Position numbers and translations under genes: made by a program. From Azolla caroliniana (lineage: Eukaryota; Plantae; Polypodiophyta), in NCBI GenBank assembly GCA_043228905.1, contig JBHGNT010000001.1, positions 6,572,001 to 6,636,000 on the forward strand: a DNA stretch of 64,000 bases, written 5' to 3'. The notes beneath the pieces were generated by a model, which made no database searches, was not told the origin of the DNA, and worked only from the letters and a program-made list of their open reading frames with translations. Shown here in pieces: positions 52,801 through 64,000 of the stretch. Within the stretch, counting starts at the first letter, position 1. Each line of letters begins with the position of its first letter.

Positions 52801-55202
52801 GAAGCGATTCTTCATGTACTCCGAGGTTCTGATGCAAAGATGAAGATGAGGGTAGGTTGTGTTTGTGAAATACTTCAAAACATTTTCTTTTCAGATGCCT
52901 TAATGTATTTGTTATTTCCCAAATGCCCTTGGTCAAGCCGTGTTGAACAGTTATATTGCCTACATCAACTGTTATGTAGCCTTACTCTTTCACAGGTTGG
53001 CTAGGGCATTTCTGAAAAAGGGAAACTTGGAGTCATTTCAGAGTTTTCTCATTTATTTTCATGAATTATTGGGCTGATGAAGCATTTCCTTAAAATGCAG
53101 GCACTATGTCTTATATCCATGAAGTTGAATTCAAGTAATGAATTGTTAAGACGAAAGGATAGTATTAGTGCTAAATCTGGAGCTGAATTTTCAACTGATT
53201 CTCTAGAGTCATATGAAAATCTGATCAGATCTATTGTTGATTGTTTGGAGGAGAATGAAAACGTGTCAGATTTGGTCCTTTCAGCACTTTCAGCTTTGAA
53301 GAGCTGTAGCCAAATACTTGCCAGCAAAACAGCGCCCGTTTTCTTGTCAAGTACACCAATATTGATTAAGAATGCTATGCAGAATGCTTCTATAGCACCT
53401 ATGTGTTTCCAATGTATTGCATCTATAATATCGGGAACTGGGTCAAATTCCCTTCCTGTTCTAAATGAGGTTATCAGAGGAGTTCTTGAGATTGGCAAGG
53501 AAAAGGAGATAGCCAAGGAAGCTGATGTGTGTGTTGCAATTTTAGATGTTTTAGAGGTTATCGTTGAAAAGCTAGGTTGCTTTTTAAGCCCTTACCTTGA
53601 TGAGATTTTGGATTTGCTCTTGCTTCAACGGTGTTTCTTGGAAAGCACGTCCAAACTTTTAACTGAAAAATCGGAATCAGTACGACAGTGTCTGCCAAAA
53701 ATGATTCCGGTATGGACATCAGATTTTTTAGCCCTTTCAAAAAGTAATTAATTTTACAATTATGTAACCGAATAATGTTCATCTGTGTCTTCAGGTGCGA
53801 CATCTAATCAACCCCCTTGTTAGTGCATATAATCGATGCCTTCAGAAAGGCGAACTTTCTGTGCTTGCTTGTATTAAGATGCTTTCTTTGATGGTGTCTC
53901 TGTTCGATAAGACATCTGTGGCAGCATATTATACAAAAGTTTTTGAGTTATGCCTGGGTGGATTTGATCTTCGGAGAAATCCCCCTAGTTGCCTTTCCTC
54001 TACTGTGGACATAGAGACAAGTATTATCTCTTTATTTTCTGGACTGATTATGAAGCTTAATGAGAAAACTTTTAAGCCCTTGTTTGTCAGAATATTAGAG
54101 TGGACAGAGACAGAAGTAGATAATGCAGCTGGAGAAAATGAGAACAATAGAAATGTTCCCCGTAACATTGTTTTCTACAGAGTTGTATGTCAGCTTGCAG
54201 AAAAACTCAGGTCGTTTATCCATTTTTTCTTGTGCATTCCATTCTGTGTCACAGATGAAGGATTGTAGTTGAATTTGATAGGTGAAATATACTTGAATTT
54301 GCAGGTCTGTTTTTGTACCATACTTCCAATACTTGCTTAAGGGAATTGTACAACTATTAGGAAGTGGACAGGACATACCAAGTTCCAAACCACGAAAGAA
54401 ATCAAAGGTTTTGTCAGAAACTGAGCAGAGTAGTAAACATAAGTCTCAAAGCCTAACGAGTGATGTGTGGCATCTTCGCTATCTCATTGTATCTGCTCTT
54501 CATAAATGTTTCCTATATGATAATGTGGGTTTTCTTGATGCTGACAAATTTCAGGTAATTAGTTTAACAGTTTCTCTGTTTTCATTAAAGCTTTTAATTT
54601 GGTTTTCTTATTTCCCTTCGTTTTGTCATATTCTCAGATGTTGTTAGGACCATTGATTGAACAAATCAGTGTTGAGAAACCATTGAACACTACTGAGTCC
54701 ATTCCCAGTACTCAAGACATGGATGAAGCATTGGTCACTTGCATTGGTCAAATGGCTATTACGGCAGGCACAGACTTATTATGGAAACCATTAAATCATG
54801 AGGTATTGTTTCAGTCACTTGATAACAATACAGTATCAAATGCTAATGTTAACATGATAGCCACTTTAACTTTCTATATTCACTTCAAAACAAACATTAG
54901 CATTTGATACAGTATTGTTAATTGTAATGGGACTGCAAATTTTAACTGCCTCTCTTTTGCCTTCTTTTAAGGTATTGCTCTGTTCACGGTCTGAAACAAT
55001 TCGGGTTAGAATCTTAAGCTTGGAGATATTGAAATATCTGGTAGAGCATCTAAGAGAAGACTATCTTGCTCTCTTACCTGAGACAATTCCATTCCTTGCG
55101 GAGCTTCTGGAAGACGCTGAGCTTCTGGTTGTAGCAAAAAGTCAAGAAATAATCAAGCTTTTGGAAGAGTTGAGTGGGGAAAGCCTATCTCAATATTTAT
55201 AA
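37860..55202 (+). CDS. UTP10: U3 snoRNA-associated protein 10 / HEAT repeat-containing protein 1 (SSU processome), about 39 exons
   Basis: The N-terminus reads MATTALALQL..PSILFDPREAADVD, then LEYLIRRY, IHIYNVD..LPYHETSLFVRIVQL and WHFLSGVKKSG. The C-terminal BP28CT-like region reads KLNEKTFKPLF, LWKPLNHEVL and LLPETIPFLAELLED..GESLSQYL*. First exons: 37860-38031, 39014-39227, 39330-39425, 40463-40580. Last exon ~54972-55202. Internal boundaries were estimated by eye. Confidence 0.95.
50810..50940. repeat. About 30-bp tandem repeat, ~4 copies, in a UTP10 intron
   Basis: Unit ACCACACACATTGTCATGACAACATTGG, containing the palindrome TTGTCATGACAA. Confidence 0.9.
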
Positions 55203-57356
55203 TATCATAGAACATCACCAGTAGAAGGTTGCTGTGATATCACTCTTATATAAGTCTGATCAATATGATGCCCGCGATGATGGCACTAATGACATCAATC
55301 TGGTCCGTATAATATCACTACCACAGCCTAAGTTTGCAACACAATCAGAGGGCACAAAAGGTTTGCTGGTAGCATTCTTTTTCCAACTATGTTTCCAGCG
55401 GATGAATTTAGTTGGGAGTTGTGATAATTTATTATTGTGATATGGTATCCTTATGTGAGTGTAATTTGATTTTTTTCGCAAAATAACTTGTGAGAACGAA
55501 TTTATTTAGATAATAGTTATTGCTGATTTGTATCTATTAATGTATAACAGAAATATGGGTGGTTGTAAAAGAGTGTTTATACCACGATTTTTTTTACCTG
55601 AATTTATTACCTGAAAAAGTAATTGATTAGCTGAATGTGTATTGCCTTGCTAAATAAAACCAAATGATCATGTTATGATAGAGGGATCTGTAGTTATGAT
55701 AAAGCAAGGGACCTGTATTTTTACCTGAATTCATTCTAAAGGAACCTGTAGTTATGATAGAGCAAGTTTTCTCTGAAAATTAGTTTCATTAACCTCACCT
55801 CACCTCGCTTCCATCCATTTTTGAACATCCATGCATCCTAGTGCCCTAGTTTTTGGAATTGTGTAATAGCTGTTTTTGCTTGTTTTCTGTTGAGAAATTT
55901 ATTGCCATAATCACGAATTTGTCTTAAAGGAGACATTCAATAGGATAAAACAATTTTAGGCCTTTGTGGAAATTGCAATAAAACAAATGTATATATACTC
56001 TTTTGAGTAGGTTCCATTGTCTTTCCAGGGTTGATTTTCCCACTTTAAATTCTTACCAATTCCGGCTTCCCCATTCATTTTTCAAACCTAACAAACCAAA
56101 GCTCAAAACATTAAATTCTCACCGATTCCAACTTCCCCACTTATTCAACTTCCCTCAAATTTTACTATTGATTACTTAATTAAGGTTTCTTCTTTTTTTG
56201 AAGCCATTGACTCTTCTTCTACCTGAGGACCAGGAGGATCTTGGAATAAGCAGGATGTGGTATTGTGGGAAAAGAGTATTCGATCTACTTTGTAAATCTT
56301 TTGGTGTGAATTCTCTTTATATATATAGTGGGAATAGACATACTTTATATTCGAGTGGTATACTGGCCCGCACTCCATCTTTGCCAACACGTAATGGAAA
56401 TTCAATTCACATCCAACTCTCAATTTGATGTAGGATGAACACCACTAAAGCAAGGGAGCCACTTGTCACAACCAACATTTTGCTAAATGTGGGGGCTCAA
56501 CTATGGGACCAAACATCAAGTTTCCAAGAATTCATATTTGGAAGATGAATTACATCTTTGCTTGAAAGGTCTTCTAAAGTTCACTACTATTTTTTCTCTT
56601 AACTAATGAAAGACTTACAATCACATTAGAATGGTACCTTTATACTAAAGATGTATGAAATTGGCAATGTGGTTTTAGGAAATTTAAACTTGCTTTTGGA
56701 GTACCATTTGTAATTTATGTAATTCGGTTGTGTAATTTAATGGAATATATATTCTTCAAATAACTAAAGGCACTTTTCTTCTTAAATTTGGAACTTGCAA
56801 AGGTTTCACCAAATTGAGGAAACTTAAACACTCGTATTTGGGGAAATAACAACAAAACCGTTTGTAATTTGAGATATAAAACCTAGATTATATAGTCACA
56901 TAAGGATATCATTTAATAACTTCAATGACAGATATTTTTCAAAGGTGAGACGTACTTTAAGCCTCATAGTTGAAACTTACCAAGTATTTACAGCAAAAAA
57001 CTAGTAAACTTGTGTACATTTGATTGTACAATTGCATTTCATGTGGACAACAATCATTCATTTGTGGTACTGTCTAATTACAAGAGTACAAACAAATTGC
57101 ACTAAAATGAGCATGATAAGAAACTATACAATTAAAAAATATAAATGTAATGAGTACCTTCTTCATCAAAAGTCATTAAAAAGAATTAGAACAAACTGTA
57201 GTTGTGAACAATGTGTAGTGATTTGGTTGTCTTTCGATACTTTGTGTCCGGGAATGGTGAACACGTATATTTCAATGTTGAGATTCATTGGTCGAATAAA
57301 TAAATGCTTGCAATGGAAATATTGATATGATTGTTAATACAAGAAGAAGTAAAGGG

Positions 57357-58705
57357 CTATGCCTGTCTGAAGCCATGCTTTAAGGCGGCATTCCATACGA
57401 CATCAAGCATGTCCACATCCACTGCGCCTACTTCATGGTGTTGCCACCCCTCCAATGCATGAACTAAGCCTCCAGCATGGCACGCGTGTATAACATATCT
57501 AGGCATTGTATGCTAGAATTTGCAAAAACTATTCATGCGTTAGATAACATATGTAAATTCATGCAGACTTACATTAAATACATGTTTCCTTGTGTATACA
57601 TCCATACATCCATACATACATCCATACATATAGATAGATAGATAGATGTAATGCACATGTGTGTATATAAATGATTACTATAGAGATATTTCTTGTAGTG
57701 TGAAAAGTAAGGTGTATTTTGGAGCATTGGCCTAGAGAGAAAACACCAACCTCACAAGTGTTTAATCCTTGGACGAAATTATCAGGGAGGCGAATGCCGG
57801 CAGAGTCATGGTAGATGCAATCGCTACGAAGATGAAGAATAGGTGGTAACGTGAACTGGTGGAAGTGGGTTCCCTTGGGGGCAAGATTTTGCGCTGTGTA
57901 ACCCGCCCACTTGCCGATGATCCATGTCTACGCAAACAATAGTTCAGAAGATCTAGAGTTCAATTCCCAATACCACACTACTTTAGATGTCATCGTTATA
58001 CTAATTCTTTCATTCCTCCATTAGTTGCATTAACGCAATTTTTCACAATCCAACATCACACATAAATAGCAGAGAAAACTCCAAATCCTGTACTTTTTGC
58101 AGTAATTCATTGTTAACTGGTCAGAAGCGAAAACCTTCAATTTTCCACTAATTTGTTCATTTTTCACAAACTCAAAACCAATTTCAATACCTTAGCAAAA
58201 CCTAAACTCCACATCAAGCCTAAATATGTGGCAAGGCTTCTAATGTGGATATGGTCACTTTTCTTCACGTTCCTCTACAATTTTCATTTAGTGTTAATGT
58301 GATCATTCCAAATTCAAGGTGAAAACATAGACTAATACAATTTGGTCTAAGAAGTTATACTAGATTAACGTTGATATAGCCACATTTCTTCATGCTTCCC
58401 AACAATGCTTCAATATTAATATGTTTCCACATTACAATGTAAGCAACATAGGCCAATTCTATATAGTGTAAGGCATTATTCTCACATTAATGTGGATATT
58501 GTGGTCACTCAATATAGTTCTCTTTACCTTGCAATTCCGTCCTGCTTGATACTTCGTTGCCCTCACCAAATACTGTTGACAGTCTTTTGATGCCTCTCTC
58601 ACGACTGCATTGAATCGGTCTTCTGATGCTGTCAACATCTATGAATTCACACATAACTTTTGTTTTATTTCTGTTTTAATTACCATGCACTGTCTATTTA
58701 TCAAA

Positions 58706-58745
<40 letters not shown>

Positions 58746-61700
58746 ATAAGGTGATGTGGTAAGTATGCAATCTGATGATGCTAATGTACTTACCAATACT
58801 CTCACTCTCTTACGGCACAGATACAGAGCAATGGCTTTCCCAATCTTTGAGGTGCTTCCTGTGAGGAAGACTTCCTGGACATCTTCTGGAAGCTCATGAA
58901 GGATCACCGCTGTCGTTAATGTGTTGCCATGACATATCCTCACTTTAAGGTTCTTGAATTGATTGACAAAATGTAGTCCTCCTCCATTCATCGCCTCATT
59001 CTGACAAGCAGTTGTACCAATAATGGTCGTATTTTTTAACATAACTATATCCAACAATCATTACTTAAAACATATAGTTTTACGAAGTTTTACTTATTCT
59101 AATACCATACGACAATTGTAACTTTACAACAACTACAACTTCACTATACAACAAGCTTTCCCTTACCTTTGCCAAAACCTTCTTAGAAGATGAAAATCTT
59201 CATCAATTTACAAGACAATCACTATAAATTCATTTATAGAAGTCAGATGGACAAATCTCTTACCTTGTTCAATGCACCCAATGTTAGCACTTTAACGCCT
59301 TTCCTGTCAGCCTCCAGAATAGCTTCTTCAAGCAATTTGTTAGCTTTTCTGAAGGCATTAGGGAGAAAATACTGCACACCCAATGCGACAACATTCACTA
59401 GGGTGTTAATTATCATAACTAATGAAGTTAGAAAAGGAAACAAGATATTAAATGCAAAGCATAATTTGATACACTTCCTCTGTTCCAAAAAAAGGAAACG
59501 TAGACAACACAAACGTGTGCACAAAAATGAAAAGCAATGTATATGCTTTTTTAAATGGATTTCAAATTTTCTAGCAACTCGCTTTTTATTATTATCAATT
59601 AAATGGATTTCAAATTTTATAATCTTACAGATATATCTTAACATATAGCAACTAGATTGTGCTATGCTTTTCGATTATTTTTTTGTTTCACAGTTTTTTC
59701 CTATTAAATATAACTCTGTAAATTTAGTTTAGGTTACGAATACCATTTTAAGCTAAGATTTCGCGAAAAATAAAATAAAAAGCTACCATTAAGAGAGGCA
59801 ATGATATACTAGAAAGCATGTGTACTCACTTGGAAACCGATAAGAGGCACACTCCAGACTTGTTGATTCAATCCATGTACAGTGTATTGAGACACTACAT
59901 ACACTTTACCCCATACCCATGTGATCCATACTCCAAAAAACACAATGGGTGTAAAGATTTGTGTATACCATGTCCATCCCTCTCTTGGATATGAAGAGAA
60001 TGACCGGCCAAAGATTCCGACATGCAATGGACTCACAAGATCAACTCCATGTGCCACAAATACTGAATCTGGAATAATCTCCTCCCTCCCTATAAATTAG
60101 AAAATCTATTGCATTAATATATTTCTCCAGCAAAACATCTGAGATTTGGTGTAAACTTCACTAGCAATCTTTCAAAATAAATCCATCTATTAAGTTTTAA
60201 AAATTAAGGTGCAAATCTTGAAAATTTCTAGAATAGAATCCTCCAAAGTTTGTGAGTTTTTTCTTTTTAAGTAGTTTTCCAAAACTACAAATAAACGCTT
60301 TTTGGGGGGCAAAAATGTTTTTTCTTTCAAATGCGTTTGAGATTACGCTGCAGCATTGAACATATGTTATCTTTATAATGAGTCCATTAGGAATCATAAC
60401 CGGCACTTATCTAGGATACTAATTACAATGATTTGTCTCTCCAATATGTTTTTATTTAGTTCTTTCTCTGATTTCTTCATCATCAGATCTTACCTTTTAC
60501 CATTATTTCTTCGTGGGTCTTGAATGCTGTTGACTTGATTGTGCCTCCAAGATAATCATAAAAAGGTATAAAGAGGCAGTAGTTTGCATCTCCATGTTCA
60601 TGATGGATGGAATGGTAACTGTGATAGGTTTTATTATTGTTATACATATATAAGATCAAATCTTGGGGTTGCAAACAAATTTGTATCATAAAGCTTCATT
60701 CACATATAAAGAAGGTGGGTACTTACGATGCTGTAATAAGCAAATAATGAAGGGAAGGGATGAGTTTGAATGGCCATATGGGAATAAGCTCAACATTTGA
60801 GTGAATCATAAAACGGATGAAATCAAAAACCAAAATGTAGGCATAGAAAACCGATAAAGATGCCATTCCCATCATCATAACACCGATCAAAGGCACAGCC
60901 ATCACAAGTGTCAACAAGAGGTGCTCCAAAAAGGTCGCAGATCCAGCTACATATTATATAAATAGAAAGATCCATCAACATTCCGGACTAACAAAGAAAC
61001 ATTATAATGTATATGATAACTGTTATAAATGCAAATGAGCAAGATTAATTCAATGCACTTGATCGAGATCATTCAATGTGTTTGATTAAATTCACTCAAC
61101 ACACCTGATATAATTCATTAAATGACCTAATATCATTCACTAAATGCACTTATATCTTATTCATGGATCCATTAAGGAATATAAAATTGGTAGTCAAAAT
61201 AAAATCCCACAATCGAATTTGAAACTTAAGGATTTAATGCAAAGTTTTATGTGAAACCTTACCTATTAGGAAGACAAGAACCATCAGTGATGTCTATGAT
61301 GAATTTATCAATGCACTTGATAGCATTCATTAGATACACTTAATACCTTCATTAAATGCATTTAACGTCATTTATTTATGCACTTAATGTCATTTATTTA
61401 TGCACTTAATACCATTCATTAAATGCACATGACACCATTAATTACCTGTAGACGGCTCGGGTCGAGTTGAAACATGATGGTAATAATGGTATCCATTATA
61501 TAAATATTGAATGTTATGAAAGGCACGATGAATATAGTAGTAAAGAAGCTCCGAGGGGCCAGCATGGAGGATCAACACTAGTACGAAACCTCGCCAATGG
61601 AATGAAGGTAATCCAGAAATATTTGGAGTATATGTAACTACTAGGAAAGCAATCAAAGCTTGAAGGATCACATAATTGTCCCTAAAACATGATAAGAGGT

Positions 61701-63107
61701 AAGAAAGTTTGAAATATCTAACATATTTTTCCATTAAATCAATGTCAGATTAGTTATGTACTGAAACCTTTTATGAGTTAAGCTCATATAAATTGTGTGG
61801 AAGACTGTTATAACTTATAGCAATGCTCAATTGAACTTACACCAAATCTGAGATTCAAATAAAACCTAACATCTTTTCAAAAGGTAGTAAAAATGAAAAA
61901 CATAGGAATACCTAATATTGCAAACAACATATACACACACATATATATAATATATACATAAAACATGTATGGACAATTTACAGGAATATTTTTGAACTTT
62001 TTTTGAGAGTCCATGTTCAAGTTTCAACTTGATGAATGAACACAAAGCTCCATGTCAAATATTAAAAATTCTTTTGTAGGTAATTTAGGATAATTGAAAC
62101 CTTCGACGATCCAGATTGAGATTTGGCACTTCATGATTGAATGCAAATGCTCATGTAACACATCACCAAAATTATGCATACATAATTCTCAATAATCAGA
62201 AGAATTGTTTTTGGAGCGCATTTGAAACTTCATGATTTTGTGCAAAGTTTCATATAAGACATTTCCTAGATTATGTAAAGGAAGAAATTATGAACAATTA
62301 GAGGGTTCATACTAAAAAGATTTGGAATTTATTGATTGAATGCAGAATTTAATGTGAAACATTTCCAAAAATTATATGCGTTTAAATATTTAGTTAGAAA
62401 AGAGACCAAAGGAACTTTTTGAATGGAAAAAAGTTTCATATATATATATATATATATTCGTTTCTATTGAGAACTCACCAATCAAATTCTCTGTCTACTT
62501 GCTTGAAGTCAAGGAGGGCATCTTGGATTCTATGCTTTGCTGTTATGAAATGGACTCTGGACACTATATGCCATAGCTCAAACACAGTGCACCGGAGAAC
62601 AGAAATGAGCAGAATGTGGAAGCAAGGATGGTGCAAAAGATTACATTCTCCATTATAAGAGCTCAGAAGAGCTTGAGAAGCTAATGGCAAATAGAGGAGA
62701 TACTACACACAAAAACAGGAACAGATTAATTAAGTTGTTTTACTAAAAATATAATATAATTTCCAGCAAAATAATAATAGTAGTAATAATGATAATAAAT
62801 TTAAAAAGAGAAAAAAATGGTCAAACCTAAAGTTTATGTACAAAAAACTTAGTGAAAAATTGCCCCAGATAAGCTTAAGCACAAACAAATTACAGATAAA
62901 ACTAACTTTTAGAAAACGCCCAAACCCTACCAAAGTCTTGAGTGGAAGCCAATGGGTAAATGAAAAGAAGAAGAAGAAAAAAAAAAACAGCCAAAATTAA
63001 AAACCAGATGTTCAACAGTAGAAACAGTTTTAAGTAGCACAAAAACAATAAGTAATTTAAAAAATAGATAAATAACTCGTTTTAGCAAAACTGAGCGTGA
63101 GGTTCTC

Positions 63108-63146
<39 letters not shown>

Positions 63147-63215
63147 TACCTTATATGTTCCTGTCCAATGCCATGGCCATGAAGCCATTAGATAGGATTG
63201 TTCTCCTAAAGCCAT
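57357..63215 (-). CDS. CER3: ECERIFERUM3/WAX2-like protein (CER1/CER3 family; fatty-acid hydroxylase domain plus C-terminal WAX2 reductase-like domain), 11 exons
   Basis: Exons 63215-63150 ([17 protein letters not shown]), 62702-62479, 61681-61446, 60946-60727, 60618-60494, then approximately 60089-59830, 59371-59264, 59000-58794, 58638-58528, 57927-57752 and 57512-57357 (TAG). His boxes HRAFH, HYYHH and HSIHH are present. [25 protein letters not shown] and [21 protein letters not shown] are CER3-type rather than CER1-type motifs. Confidence 0.93.
61030..61430. repeat. Degenerate short repeats (CATTCATTAAATGCACTT-like) in CER3 intron 3
   Basis: The motif recurs several times, with a clear tandem copy at ~61365-61410. 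Confidence 0.65.
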
Positions 63216-63458
63216 AACTAATTATAACTTATTATTATTATTGGCAGAAGATCCAAAATAATGTACAGAGAAGCACGCTTGTAAATTCAAATTATCCACA
63301 CATCTGATCCAAATAAATACACGGCCTCTCTGCGTTTCTTTGCATTGTTTTTGGGTGGGGGTCCGGGTTGTTCTATATAGAAAGAGCAAGGGAAAGCATG
63401 GTTCTCTTAGTTTTCAGAACAAATGCATAGTATTTATTAGTTTATTAAGCATTGATGT

Positions 63459-63900
63459 GAGCAGAGAGAGAGAGAGAGAGAGAGAGAGGAAAGAAACAGC
63501 AGAGAGAAAGAAATGAATGTATCCATCATCTAAAAAGAAGGTTCTTATTACTTTGTTACTACACCTACACACATACATACATACATACATACATACATAC
63601 AATACATACATACATGAGCAGAGAGAGAGAGAGAGAGAGGAAAGAAACAGCAGAGAGAAAGAAATGAATGTATCCATCATCTAAAAAGAAGGTTCTTATT
63701 ACTTTGTTACTACACCTACACACATACATACATACATACATACATACATACAATACATACATACATGAGCAGAGAGAGAGAGAGAGAGAGGAAAGAAACA
63801 GCAGAGAGAAAGAAATGAATGTATCCATCATCTAAAAAGAAGGTTCTTATTACTTTGTTACTACACCTACACACATACATACATACATACATACATACAT

Positions 63901-63933
<33 letters not shown>

Positions 63934-63950
63934 TACATACAATACATAAA
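63459..63950. repeat. About 151-bp tandem repeat, 3 copies, containing (GA)n and (CATA)n tracts, in the CER3 promoter
   Basis: Units start at ~63459, 63616 and 63767. They are nearly identical apart from microsatellite length. Confidence 0.95.
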
Positions 63951-64000
63951 CACACAGACACACACACACATACATATATGATCATTTATGGTTGTCCTCC

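Noticed and set aside
56172-56640. Short ORFs between UTP10 and CER3
   Set aside because: No recognisable motifs. Probably decayed repeat sequence.
27976-63215. Tubby, UTP10 and CER3 as a functional gene cluster
   Set aside because: They belong to unrelated pathways, and ordinary gene neighbourhood explains the arrangement.
63414-63985. Three near-identical 88-aa ORFs, or a CRISPR-like array
   Set aside because: They come from the 151-bp tandem repeat. There are no unique spacers or cas genes, and the context is eukaryotic.

Overview
AT-rich, intron-rich land-plant nuclear DNA. A fern or other seed-free plant is inferred from the PPR and LINE styles but not proven. Three intact-looking genes are present: a Tubby-like F-box gene (+, CDS 27976-32770), a UTP10/HEATR1 SSU-processome gene of about 39 exons (+, 37860-55202) and a CER3/WAX2-type wax-biosynthesis gene (-, 57357-63215). 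The first ~26 kb is mostly decayed, nested transposons. These include three L1-type LINE copies, a hAT-type MITE and a deleted LTR element inserted in one LINE, a Mutator remnant split by another LINE, a chromoviral Gypsy remnant, possible Harbinger and KDZ/Zisupton-like remnants, and two PLS-PPR fragments. I found no convincing new multi-gene system. The best leads are a heat-shock-element array in the deleted LTR element, a duplicated UTP10 splice acceptor that would give an immediate stop codon, a third displaced copy of that same junction, paired tRNA-like elements in the UTP10 promoter, and the possible KDZ transposase fossil. All calls were made by eye and no searches were run.
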